64,000 nucleotides of DNA from Euryarchaeota archaeon UBA605 (GTDB lineage Archaea; Thermoplasmatota; Poseidoniia; Poseidoniales; Thalassarchaeaceae). The position numbers and the translations under genes were made by a program. The DNA lies in assembly GCA_002504905.1 (NCBI GenBank), contig DATY01000019.1, positions 30,326-94,325 on the forward strand. Reading direction: 5' to 3'. This document shows positions 20,038 to 28,501 of the stretch, one piece after another; the first letter of the stretch is position 1; each line of letters starts with the position of its first letter. A model generated the notes under the pieces. That model had not been told where the DNA came from. It was given only the letters and a program-made list of their open reading frames with translations, and did no database searches.

Positions 20038-21168
20038 TCATTCCTCTTCTGTATATGGAGTTGGGTTTTGAGAAAGTAACATTGCTATAGGCCTTGTACG
20101 AGGGTCACTCTCTAAAGCGATTTTCATAATTACCGCAAGTGGGACACCGAGTACTGCGCCCATCAAACCCCAAGCCCATCCCCAAAATGCAACTAGTATC
20201 AATAACACTATTGGAGACATATCAAGTCTCTGACCCGCTAATTGCGGCTCAACAAATGCACCCCAAGCCTGTTGATTAGCGATTAATAGAGCAATCATTA
20301 GTAGAGCCATGCCTGGCTCTAACAGAATCAATGCCAATATCCCAGGTGGAATCATAGAAATTAGAGCACCGATATAGGGTATGAAATCCAAAAAGAAAGT
20401 TATTGATGCCCAAAGAAACCACCCTGGTATATCTAGTTGATATAGGATTATTGCTGCAATTACAGCTTGTCCAAAAGCAACTGTTGCTCTAGTGATAACA
20501 TAAGTATTGATTCCCTCACCCGAATTAGAAGCAATTTTTTTGAAACGACTGACTTCATCAGGATAGGCGGCTTTAATTCGATTAGGGAGAGTTTCTGCCT
20601 CAAGAATAATGAATAAAAGAAAAATAAATACAGTGGCTGCACTGGCGGTGAATCCTGCTATTGATCCTACGAAATCTGTAGCAAAAGTTGTAATTACATC
20701 AATACTGACCAGTTCGGTTAAACCTGACGTATCTATCTCGTAACCAAATATTTTTTGATTTTCAAGACGCGACATTTTTTCCGTAAAAGCTTCAGTAATC
20801 CTATCTTGTGTGTCTACTTGGGTAAATTCAGTCAAATTCCAATAAAGAATTTGAGAAGCGAAGAATACAAGCAGCCCGATTATGCTTAGTAATCCTCCAT
20901 AGGCCAATAAAGGGTGTCCGAATCTTTGCTCTAACCAATTGGCTGGAGGTCTGATTAATAAGAAAAGTAAAGTTGCAATTACTAGTGGTTGAATTACCGC
21001 CTTAAGATGGATAATTGCCAATATAGATATTAATAAAATTACAAGTATATCGGAAACTGTACTTACTGGAATTCCCTTGAATGCCTTAGTAGATGCCATG
21101 TGTGTCCCCAACCCTCCGAAGACTTCTAACTGATGAAGGGTTTCCCGGTAATTACACAATTCGTTCAT
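20038..21168 (-). CDS. AI-2E/PerM (UPF0118) family transporter
   Basis: Eight-ish TM protein with the FLDFIPYIGALIS and VLGVPLA family-typical segments. The start may instead be the internal Met at 21099, which removes the overlap with the upstream GT. Confidence 0.75.
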   Translation of the reverse strand: MNELCNYRETLHQLEVFGGLGTHMASTKAFKGIPVSTVSDILVILLISILAIIHLKAVIQPLVIATLLFLLIRPPANWLEQRFGHPLLAYGGLLSIIGLLVFFASQILYWNLTEFTQVDTQDRITEAFTEKMSRLENQKIFGYEIDTSGLTELVSIDVITTFATDFVGSIAGFTASAATVFIFLLFIILEAETLPNRIKAAYPDEVSRFKKIASNSGEGINTYVITRATVAFGQAVIAAIILYQLDIPGWFLWASITFFLDFIPYIGALISMIPPGILALILLEPGMALLMIALLIANQQAWGAFVEPQLAGQRLDMSPIVLLILVAFWGWAWGLMGAVLGVPLAVIMKIALESDPRTRPIAMLLSQNPTPYTEEE

Positions 21169-22363
21169 AAATTTCTATGAATTGATCTGCATCGATCTCA
21201 TAAGTAAAATTCTCAAGAACTCTTTTACGGCCAGCATCGCCTTTCTCCTTGAGTGATTTTTTGTCACTGATTTCTTTTAAGATTGTTTCAGACATTGAAT
21301 TTATATTTCCCATTTCAAAAAGTGCACCTACTTCTGAATCTACCATCTCAGGCAATGGTCCATGATTAACAGTTACAACTGGTGTACCAGAAGACATTGA
21401 TTCTAGTGGGATCAATCCCTGTCCCTCATAATAAGAGGGGTAGACAGTTAAATCGGCATTTCTGAATAATTCTGCTAACTCTTCAAATGACATACCAGAT
21501 TCAATATATACTGAGGACGATATACCAAGATTTTTTGCTTGATTGAGAAGACGTTTTCTTAGATGGCCTCGACCGACAATTACTAATCTAGAGTTAGGAA
21601 AATTAGATTTAACCTGCGCAAATGCCTTCAACAATGATCCATATCCTTTTCTAGCAGCTAAACGACCTACTGCAAGTAATAATATATCGTCTTCTGAGCA
21701 TCCAAAACGACTTCTCAGATCTTTGTTGAAATTTACAATAGGAGTGAACATTTGAGTATCAACACCCCAATAAATTACTTCACAATCCCAATCTTTAGGA
21801 GGTGAATAGCGAGAAATGAAATCATTCTTAGTTGCTTCAGAATTTGCTACGCAAACATCTGAACCTAATAGTGCTTCATTTTCAAACCTAGCATATCTTC
21901 CAGACGTCAATAAAATTGCTAAATCGTTTGGGTTAGCCCATACGGCAGTTTCCTTCTGTTCTTTAGCGGTTAAGAGACCATCCTTTTCACCTAACCAAGA
22001 ACCATGTAATGAAGATACTATTGGAGCCACATTTTTCTTACAATCAAGAAACTGTCTTCTACTCCATGAAATCATTGGGCAATGTAAATGAACAACATCT
22101 ACTGGATTGGATTTATTTAATTTCTTTAGCGCTCGAAGAGCAGAACGGCCGTAGGATCTGGTAAATTCCATTGGTATCCTAAGCCATCCAACTGAAATAA
22201 TTTCAACTCCAGAAACAGATGGTGAATTATTTCCTGCACCATTTCTTGTGATTATGGTAACACTATGGCCTCGTGAAGCTAATGCAGAAGAAAGATGGAA
22301 AACGGTTGACCCCATACCTCCCCAACGAGGTGGATATTCAGCGGACAACATCGCGATGTGCAT
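21152..22363 (-). CDS. Glycosyltransferase, GT4 (group 1)
   Basis: GGMGSTVFHLS N-terminal motif and E-x7-E region YEGQGLIPLESMSSGTPVV. Confidence 0.8.
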   Translation of the reverse strand: MHIAMLSAEYPPRWGGMGSTVFHLSSALASRGHSVTIITRNGAGNNSPSVSGVEIISVGWLRIPMEFTRSYGRSALRALKKLNKSNPVDVVHLHCPMISWSRRQFLDCKKNVAPIVSSLHGSWLGEKDGLLTAKEQKETAVWANPNDLAILLTSGRYARFENEALLGSDVCVANSEATKNDFISRYSPPKDWDCEVIYWGVDTQMFTPIVNFNKDLRSRFGCSEDDILLLAVGRLAARKGYGSLLKAFAQVKSNFPNSRLVIVGRGHLRKRLLNQAKNLGISSSVYIESGMSFEELAELFRNADLTVYPSYYEGQGLIPLESMSSGTPVVTVNHGPLPEMVDSEVGALFEMGNINSMSETILKEISDKKSLKEKGDAGRKRVLENFTYEIDADQFIEIYERIV

Positions 22364-22466
22364 ACACTATCGTGCCTGCGTCGAGTTCACCTGTTTTCAA
22401 GAGATTGGATACAGGACAGATAACAGTTTGATTCAAATCATGTATTAGTGTCGCAGATATGAGAAT

Positions 22467-23198
22467 ATGTCAGATACACTACCCGTCCACGTTACAGTAG
22501 TAATACCTACAAGAAATGAAGAGGCTGCAATAGTTGATACTATTCGTTCAATACCTAAAGGAGATTGGTGTGAAAAAATTGACTTCTTAATAATAGATGG
22601 AAACTCAACTGATAGAACAAGAGAGTTAGCCGAAGAAGAGGGAGCAGATGTCTATTTAGAGCCTAGAAAAGGATATGGAAGAGCATATAAGACAGGTTTT
22701 GCAATGGCACCCGGAGAGATTATTGTAACAATGGATGCAGATTGCACATATCCAGGAGAAGAAGTACCTGCTCTTGTCAAAAAACTAATTGATGACGACT
22801 TACAGTGGATTACTTGCGATAGACTAAGACGAGCTGAAGAAGGTTCAATGCCAGGATTACATGGGTTTGGAAACTGGGTTCTATCAAAAACGGCTTCAAT
22901 TCTATACTGGTATGGCATTCATGATTCTCAAAGTGGGATGTGGGTATTCAGAAAGTCGATCTTTGAAGATGATAGGGTTAGGCCAAAACATGATGGAATG
23001 CCACTATCTCAAGAATTTAAAATTAGAGCAAGGAGATACTTAGGTAAGAAGAAAACTGCTGAAGTCAGTGTTCCATATAGGCCACGTGTTGGAGAGGCTG
23101 AAATTAATACATGGGGCGATGGATTACTAAATCTAAGATTCTTATTTACACACAGATTAGGTTTGACTCAACAAAAAACACCTTGGGGACCTGAATAA
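22467..23198 (+). CDS. Glycosyltransferase, GT2 (dolichyl-phosphate hexose synthase-like)
   Basis: VVIPTRNEE, IDGNSTD, TMDADCTYP (DxD-type) motifs. Confidence 0.8.
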   Translation: MSDTLPVHVTVVIPTRNEEAAIVDTIRSIPKGDWCEKIDFLIIDGNSTDRTRELAEEEGADVYLEPRKGYGRAYKTGFAMAPGEIIVTMDADCTYPGEEVPALVKKLIDDDLQWITCDRLRRAEEGSMPGLHGFGNWVLSKTASILYWYGIHDSQSGMWVFRKSIFEDDRVRPKHDGMPLSQEFKIRARRYLGKKKTAEVSVPYRPRVGEAEINTWGDGLLNLRFLFTHRLGLTQQKTPWGPE

Positions 23199-26100
23199 TT
23201 ATTCATTGAATTCATCATCTAATTCTCTAGGATCGAAAGTTGACCATGATTCTATCATCTCTAAATCCTTAGCTAATTCTTTACGGCGTTGAGCTGTGTA
23301 AAATATTCCTAAAATTATTGAGATAGTTAATAATATCAATAATAGAGGAAGTCCCCCTGAAAATAACCAAGATACAAGATTATTATCTTCATCTGATTCA
23401 ATTGGTAATAATTCGATTAAGACGGGGCTAACAATCTCACCATCAATTGCCCAGACTTCTACTTTTGCTGTACCTCCATCATCAACTAGTAAAGCTGTCT
23501 GTAAGGACCAGATATTATCTCCGGCAATTAAATCTCCTTCTGAACCATCATCTCTTAATTCAAACTCTCTGTCAATTTCCCCAGCTTTAAATTTAAAGAA
23601 TAACATTTCAGTAGTTCCATCTAGATCATCTAATTTAACTGTAACAAAAATAGGATTTACTTCATTAAAAACTAATGAATTTGGAGAAATTTTCAATTCT
23701 GATAAGACTGGAGAGCTGGCCCCTATAGTCAGATTAATTGAGATTGAATCAGATGCTCCTCTAGAATCAGTGACAATTAGATTAATTCTCACAGGACCGG
23801 GGGGGAAATATACCGAAACTTGTTCCTTATCTCCAATTGATGTACCGTCACCAAGACTCCACTCATACAATATAATGTCATAATCATAATCGAAAGATGG
23901 AGATGCATTGAGAATAATTTCTCTACCAGGAGGGATATATTGGCCATCATTAAAATCTCTAATTCCGGCAACTGGAGAAGTTTCAAGAACATTTAGAACC
24001 TGTTCAAAAATAGAAATCTTACCAGTAGAATCGGTTAGAATAAATGTAAGTAAATGATTACCTGCTGGTATGTAATCATTATACCAATAATCAATTGTTT
24101 TATTCTCAAGAATTGGAGATTCTATCAAATCTGAAAAAATAGATACTATGAAATCATCTCCATCTGGATCGAAGGAGTCTCGGAAATCAAAAAGTACTGG
24201 TAAATTTGAATAGACATCAATATCATCTTCTGGTGAAGTCACAATAAGTACAGGAGCTGCTTCTTCAACAGTAACCGTAATTGAATATTCTGCATTTCCT
24301 CCGTCTCCATCATCTATAATTAATGAAATCTCATGATTTCCTGCAGGCAGTCTTGCTTCAAATTTCCATTCAGAACCTATTGGTTCAGAAATTAAGTTAC
24401 TCTGCCATAAAACACTAACTAAATCTTTGCTAGAATCGGAAAAATGGTTACAAATTAAGCCTGTACTATTGTCTAAGTCTGTACATGCAATATCCCAATC
24501 TCCCGAACCAGATGCATCAAATGGAATTAGATTTCCTGAATCTGTCAAATATTCATCATTAGGGAAGGAAATTAGTGCTACTGGAGGGGAGTTTTCCACC
24601 GAAATGATTGATTCTGAGGAGGTCCATCTACCAGCATGATTTGGAATATCGTCACTAGCGTACATGGTAATCAAATGGGTCCCCTTTGATAATGTCCCAG
24701 ACCATTCAATTGAATCATCAGGAGTAAGGCCTGTGTGAATTAAACCATCAATATCACTCCAAAACTCGAATTTAATTTCATCACCTTCAGGATCAAATGT
24801 CGCAGTTCCATCTAAGCTAAGAATATCTTGTGACTTCAAACCAGTCCTAACTATTTCAAAGGAAGCAGTAGGGAGTTCATTGAATAATTCTACATTGAAT
24901 GTCCATGTAACTGGTGAATGAATACCATCAGTTGCATATACGGTTACAGAGAACTGATTTGGCGCAGAGGAGAAAGTTTTGTTAATCTGACCGGGACAGT
25001 CTGAAAGATATGTATCATTTTGTTCATAAGATGCCTTTATCCAACAACTTAATTCATCATTTTCTGGATCTGAGGTGCCCGTTAAATCAATATTTACGGA
25101 AGCTGTTTTTCCAAGATAAAGTGTACCCCAAGCAGAAATGTCAGGTGTTGTGTCTACAGTGAGTAAAGGAGGGCTATTTGTTAATTCAATAGTACGAGTT
25201 TCGAGTGCACAGTTATTAGAAGTATCACATACCTCCAGAGTTATCTGATGTATTCCATCGGAAATACATTGAATATTTCCATTAGCTATAATTACAGAAT
25301 CATTAGAATTAATTGATTCACAAGATCCTGTAATTTCACCATCAATACTGCTGGTCCATCTAAATGAAATTAATTCATTATCTAAATCCCATGAAGCGCT
25401 AGCATCAAAGATAACTTCTGAACCACTTGCAAATACTTCATCATCAAAGGGTTGATTCCAGACGATAATAGGTGGCTGATTAGAAATTTCTAAGATACAT
25501 GTCACAGAGATATCATTATTCAATTCAAATGAGTTGGAATCATTATGTATAGAATCATAGTCACATCCAGTATATACATTGTTCACATTAGACCAATTGT
25601 TAATTGGAGTCCATCTTTTACTAACAAATGGCCCCAAAACATCAATTCCTTCATATGGTAATGTGGTGGAATAATCTGATTCAAATTGATCAAAAGATAA
25701 ATTTACAGATGAATATGGAATATGATTCAAGTATTGATTTAATACATGTACCTCAACATTCCACATTATATCTAATATACTGTCATTTGATGTAAATTCA
25801 ATATTTTCTATTTCATCACTAGTTATTGAAGAAGAAATCCATCTAAGATGACTAGTTGTTTCAAAATCAAATTGTACGCCATTACTTTCCCATGAAGAGA
25901 AACTCAAAGATGAAGGAGCTATGCTGTTGGAAATATTCACCACGCTATTCTTAAGACTGGTTGGAGCATTTGATAAATCTAAATTAATACCCTCTAATTG
26001 TGTATGATCTACTAATTGCCAAGCGAATGTATCTCCAACCATACATTCTGGATCTTGGGAGATATAGGAATCATTAATGTAAGAAATTAAATCGCCTTTT

Positions 26101-27917
26101 GCCGACCAATAAAAACCACAACCTCCAGTAGACAGATACAAAGAATTAATTTCTGCATCAACATTCTTTAATTTCATAGTAATCCAACTATCACCACCAT
26201 CACAACTACCATCTGTAGGTGTAATATTACATGCCTGTTCAATCGTAATATTATTCAAAATTACTTTCCCATGATGAGAAACTCCTTGATTATCAATATC
26301 TAATGAGGGGAATTTTGTTGAATTCCGTATTGTTAGATCTATTAGTTGTAAATCAATACTATCTCTGACTGTAACGCCCCATTCATCATTGAAACTAGAA
26401 CACATATAGCAAGAAACGTTCTTACCTCCACTTACTACATCATTGGATTCCTCGAAATAGAATCCTGAACCTAAACTTGATGATAGGCTATTAATCCCAT
26501 TTCCCGAAGTAACAATATATTCCAACTCAACATTACTAGAATCTTTAACAGATATTCCATGACCAGTATTATTAAAACTTTGAACAGCGTTTACATCTGG
26601 ATGAAATTCTCTGAAATCAACCCCGCTAGCGCCATTATCAGAGATATTCCAGTTAGTCCCTTGGACCCCACCCTTCCATAGTAAAACACCCGACCCTGAA
26701 GAATTCCTAACAACTAAATTATTCAAAGTTGGAGGTCCTGAAGTTCCCCAATTTGATGAGCGCCAGAATAGTCCAGCTCTATCGTTAAAAGGTACTGAAA
26801 ATCCATTTTCTCCATTGTCTAATAATGTTAGATTATTCACAATCATAGATGAATCAATCATATATGCTCTAAATCCAACTACAGGATTATTCTCAATTAA
26901 TGCACCTTCAATTCTTATTCCACTGGTATTTACATCTAGTGCTGCAATACCAAGTCCTGGAGTCTTTGCATCAACCCCTCCTGTACCTCTAATTACTAAA
27001 TTAGTAAAAACTGCATTCATTGGAAGATTAGAAAATTGGCTATGATTATATTGTTCTACCATAACGCCGCGATACTGGCTATCTTCAACTACAACATTAG
27101 AGAATGTGGGTCTTGTATTCCATCCCTGTGTAATGTGTCTAACATAAATTCCATTATCTGAACGCGAAATACTGGAATCAGTAATCAAAGGTAATGAGTC
27201 TTCAACCCAAATTCCTGCAGCTATTGACGTAGTAGCTCCACTAATATTACTGACATGAAGATTACTAATAATACCACCAGAATTACCCCAATAATTCAAA
27301 CCACGAGTTACTAAATCATTGATAATTGCTCCATTCACAATGGGACTTGATGATGCACCAACTGATAGACCGATACCTTTTCTCCAATTTGTATTTAGAG
27401 GAATATCTTGACCTCCTCCCTCAATTATTAAATCATTAATTCTAGGAGATGCAGAATCGAAAATATCTATTGCAACTAAATCCGCATTTTCAACTCTTAA
27501 ATTATTCAGTATGGGATTACTACCATAAATAGTAACTCCATATTCAGAATTTCTGATAGTTAGATTATCTATCTTTGATCCCAGACCATTACTAGACGAG
27601 TTGAAAATTAATCCATCATGATTACCCATAATAGAATTAAGAATCACTGGCGAGGATGAAGTACCTTGGACAGTCATTCTACCTGCAACTAGAATGTCTT
27701 TATCGTCTCCTAAATTGATCTGAGTACCCGCCTCTACAATCAATATTTCTCCACTTTCTACAGTGTAACCATCAACCAAATTTACCGTACCATTCCAAAC
27801 AGTTGTTGATTTAGAAGATGCTAAAGTAATCATTGGAGAGAAGAAAACAGAAGACAATAAGAGAATGGAGACCAGGAAAATTGCACGCCTAGAACCATGA
27901 GAATGGGGGGCAAGCAT
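23199..27917 (-). CDS. Giant (1572 aa) surface protein: parallel beta-helix repeats plus multiple PKD/Ig-like modules, C-terminal TM anchor
   Basis: N-terminal hydrophobic signal. ~550 aa of short N/G/S/I-rich repeats of PbH1/NosD type. PKD-like blocks (FDASASWDLDNELISFRWTS; FDASGSGDWD; LNASPSFDYDYDIILYEWSLGDG). TM LLLILLTISIILGIFY followed by an acidic tail. Confidence 0.7.
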   Translation of the reverse strand: MLAPHSHGSRRAIFLVSILLLSSVFFSPMITLASSKSTTVWNGTVNLVDGYTVESGEILIVEAGTQINLGDDKDILVAGRMTVQGTSSSPVILNSIMGNHDGLIFNSSSNGLGSKIDNLTIRNSEYGVTIYGSNPILNNLRVENADLVAIDIFDSASPRINDLIIEGGGQDIPLNTNWRKGIGLSVGASSSPIVNGAIINDLVTRGLNYWGNSGGIISNLHVSNISGATTSIAAGIWVEDSLPLITDSSISRSDNGIYVRHITQGWNTRPTFSNVVVEDSQYRGVMVEQYNHSQFSNLPMNAVFTNLVIRGTGGVDAKTPGLGIAALDVNTSGIRIEGALIENNPVVGFRAYMIDSSMIVNNLTLLDNGENGFSVPFNDRAGLFWRSSNWGTSGPPTLNNLVVRNSSGSGVLLWKGGVQGTNWNISDNGASGVDFREFHPDVNAVQSFNNTGHGISVKDSSNVELEYIVTSGNGINSLSSSLGSGFYFEESNDVVSGGKNVSCYMCSSFNDEWGVTVRDSIDLQLIDLTIRNSTKFPSLDIDNQGVSHHGKVILNNITIEQACNITPTDGSCDGGDSWITMKLKNVDAEINSLYLSTGGCGFYWSAKGDLISYINDSYISQDPECMVGDTFAWQLVDHTQLEGINLDLSNAPTSLKNSVVNISNSIAPSSLSFSSWESNGVQFDFETTSHLRWISSSITSDEIENIEFTSNDSILDIMWNVEVHVLNQYLNHIPYSSVNLSFDQFESDYSTTLPYEGIDVLGPFVSKRWTPINNWSNVNNVYTGCDYDSIHNDSNSFELNNDISVTCILEISNQPPIIVWNQPFDDEVFASGSEVIFDASASWDLDNELISFRWTSSIDGEITGSCESINSNDSVIIANGNIQCISDGIHQITLEVCDTSNNCALETRTIELTNSPPLLTVDTTPDISAWGTLYLGKTASVNIDLTGTSDPENDELSCWIKASYEQNDTYLSDCPGQINKTFSSAPNQFSVTVYATDGIHSPVTWTFNVELFNELPTASFEIVRTGLKSQDILSLDGTATFDPEGDEIKFEFWSDIDGLIHTGLTPDDSIEWSGTLSKGTHLITMYASDDIPNHAGRWTSSESIISVENSPPVALISFPNDEYLTDSGNLIPFDASGSGDWDIACTDLDNSTGLICNHFSDSSKDLVSVLWQSNLISEPIGSEWKFEARLPAGNHEISLIIDDGDGGNAEYSITVTVEEAAPVLIVTSPEDDIDVYSNLPVLFDFRDSFDPDGDDFIVSIFSDLIESPILENKTIDYWYNDYIPAGNHLLTFILTDSTGKISIFEQVLNVLETSPVAGIRDFNDGQYIPPGREIILNASPSFDYDYDIILYEWSLGDGTSIGDKEQVSVYFPPGPVRINLIVTDSRGASDSISINLTIGASSPVLSELKISPNSLVFNEVNPIFVTVKLDDLDGTTEMLFFKFKAGEIDREFELRDDGSEGDLIAGDNIWSLQTALLVDDGGTAKVEVWAIDGEIVSPVLIELLPIESDEDNNLVSWLFSGGLPLLLILLTISIILGIFYTAQRRKELAKDLEMIESWSTFDPRELDDEFNE

Positions 27918-28016
27918 GGACTAACGGCAGTGCAACAACATATATCTGTGGTGGACAAATGGGTCTAAAGATAGGATATAGAAAACGAGTCATAATAAAG
28001 CGTAATACAGCGCATA

Positions 28017-28265
28017 ATGACGAGGATTAGGATGAGTACTGCTTTTGTGTTGTTCAAATGTGAACCACAAAGAGAATTAGAAGTTTATCTTGCACTATTA
28101 GAAATTGACAGTGTAAGCGAGACTCATGTTGCTTATGGCGAATATGATCTTGTAGCAAGAATAGATTTTGATGACGAAAAAGAAATGGCAAACACTTTGA
28201 TTGGCAATATGCGTTCAATTCCGGGTGTTCAAAAGACTGAAACCTTGATAGCAGTGGAGGCATGA
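28017..28265 (+). CDS. Stand-alone RAM (Lrp/AsnC C-terminal ligand-binding) domain protein, no HTH
   Basis: 82 aa. AFVLFKCE...VSETHVAYGEYDLVARIDFDD...IPGVQKTETLIAV matches the beta-alpha-beta-beta-alpha-beta RAM pattern. Confidence 0.65.
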   Translation: MTRIRMSTAFVLFKCEPQRELEVYLALLEIDSVSETHVAYGEYDLVARIDFDDEKEMANTLIGNMRSIPGVQKTETLIAVEA

Positions 28266-28501
28266 AATTGGCTGTTGGATTCATTCTAATTACAACAGAA
28301 CCAGGTTCTGAGATTTGGGTTAGAGAAGAAGTAAGTAAAATTGACTGTGTGAAAGGTCAATGGATAGTTTTTGGTAATCATGATCTATTTGTCAAGGTTG
28401 AAGCGGAAAATGAGTTTGAATTAACTAAATGTATTGTACAAGAAATTCGTTCAGTTGAAGGAATTTTTGAAACAAGGACGTTAATTGGTGCTGAAATTTA
28501 G
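28262..28501 (+). CDS. Second stand-alone RAM-domain protein, translationally coupled to the first
   Basis: 79 aa paralogue (GFILITTEP...GNHDLFVKVEAEN...VEGIFETRTLIGAEI). ATGA start/stop overlap, with GGAGG upstream. Confidence 0.65.
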   Translation: MKLAVGFILITTEPGSEIWVREEVSKIDCVKGQWIVFGNHDLFVKVEAENEFELTKCIVQEIRSVEGIFETRTLIGAEI

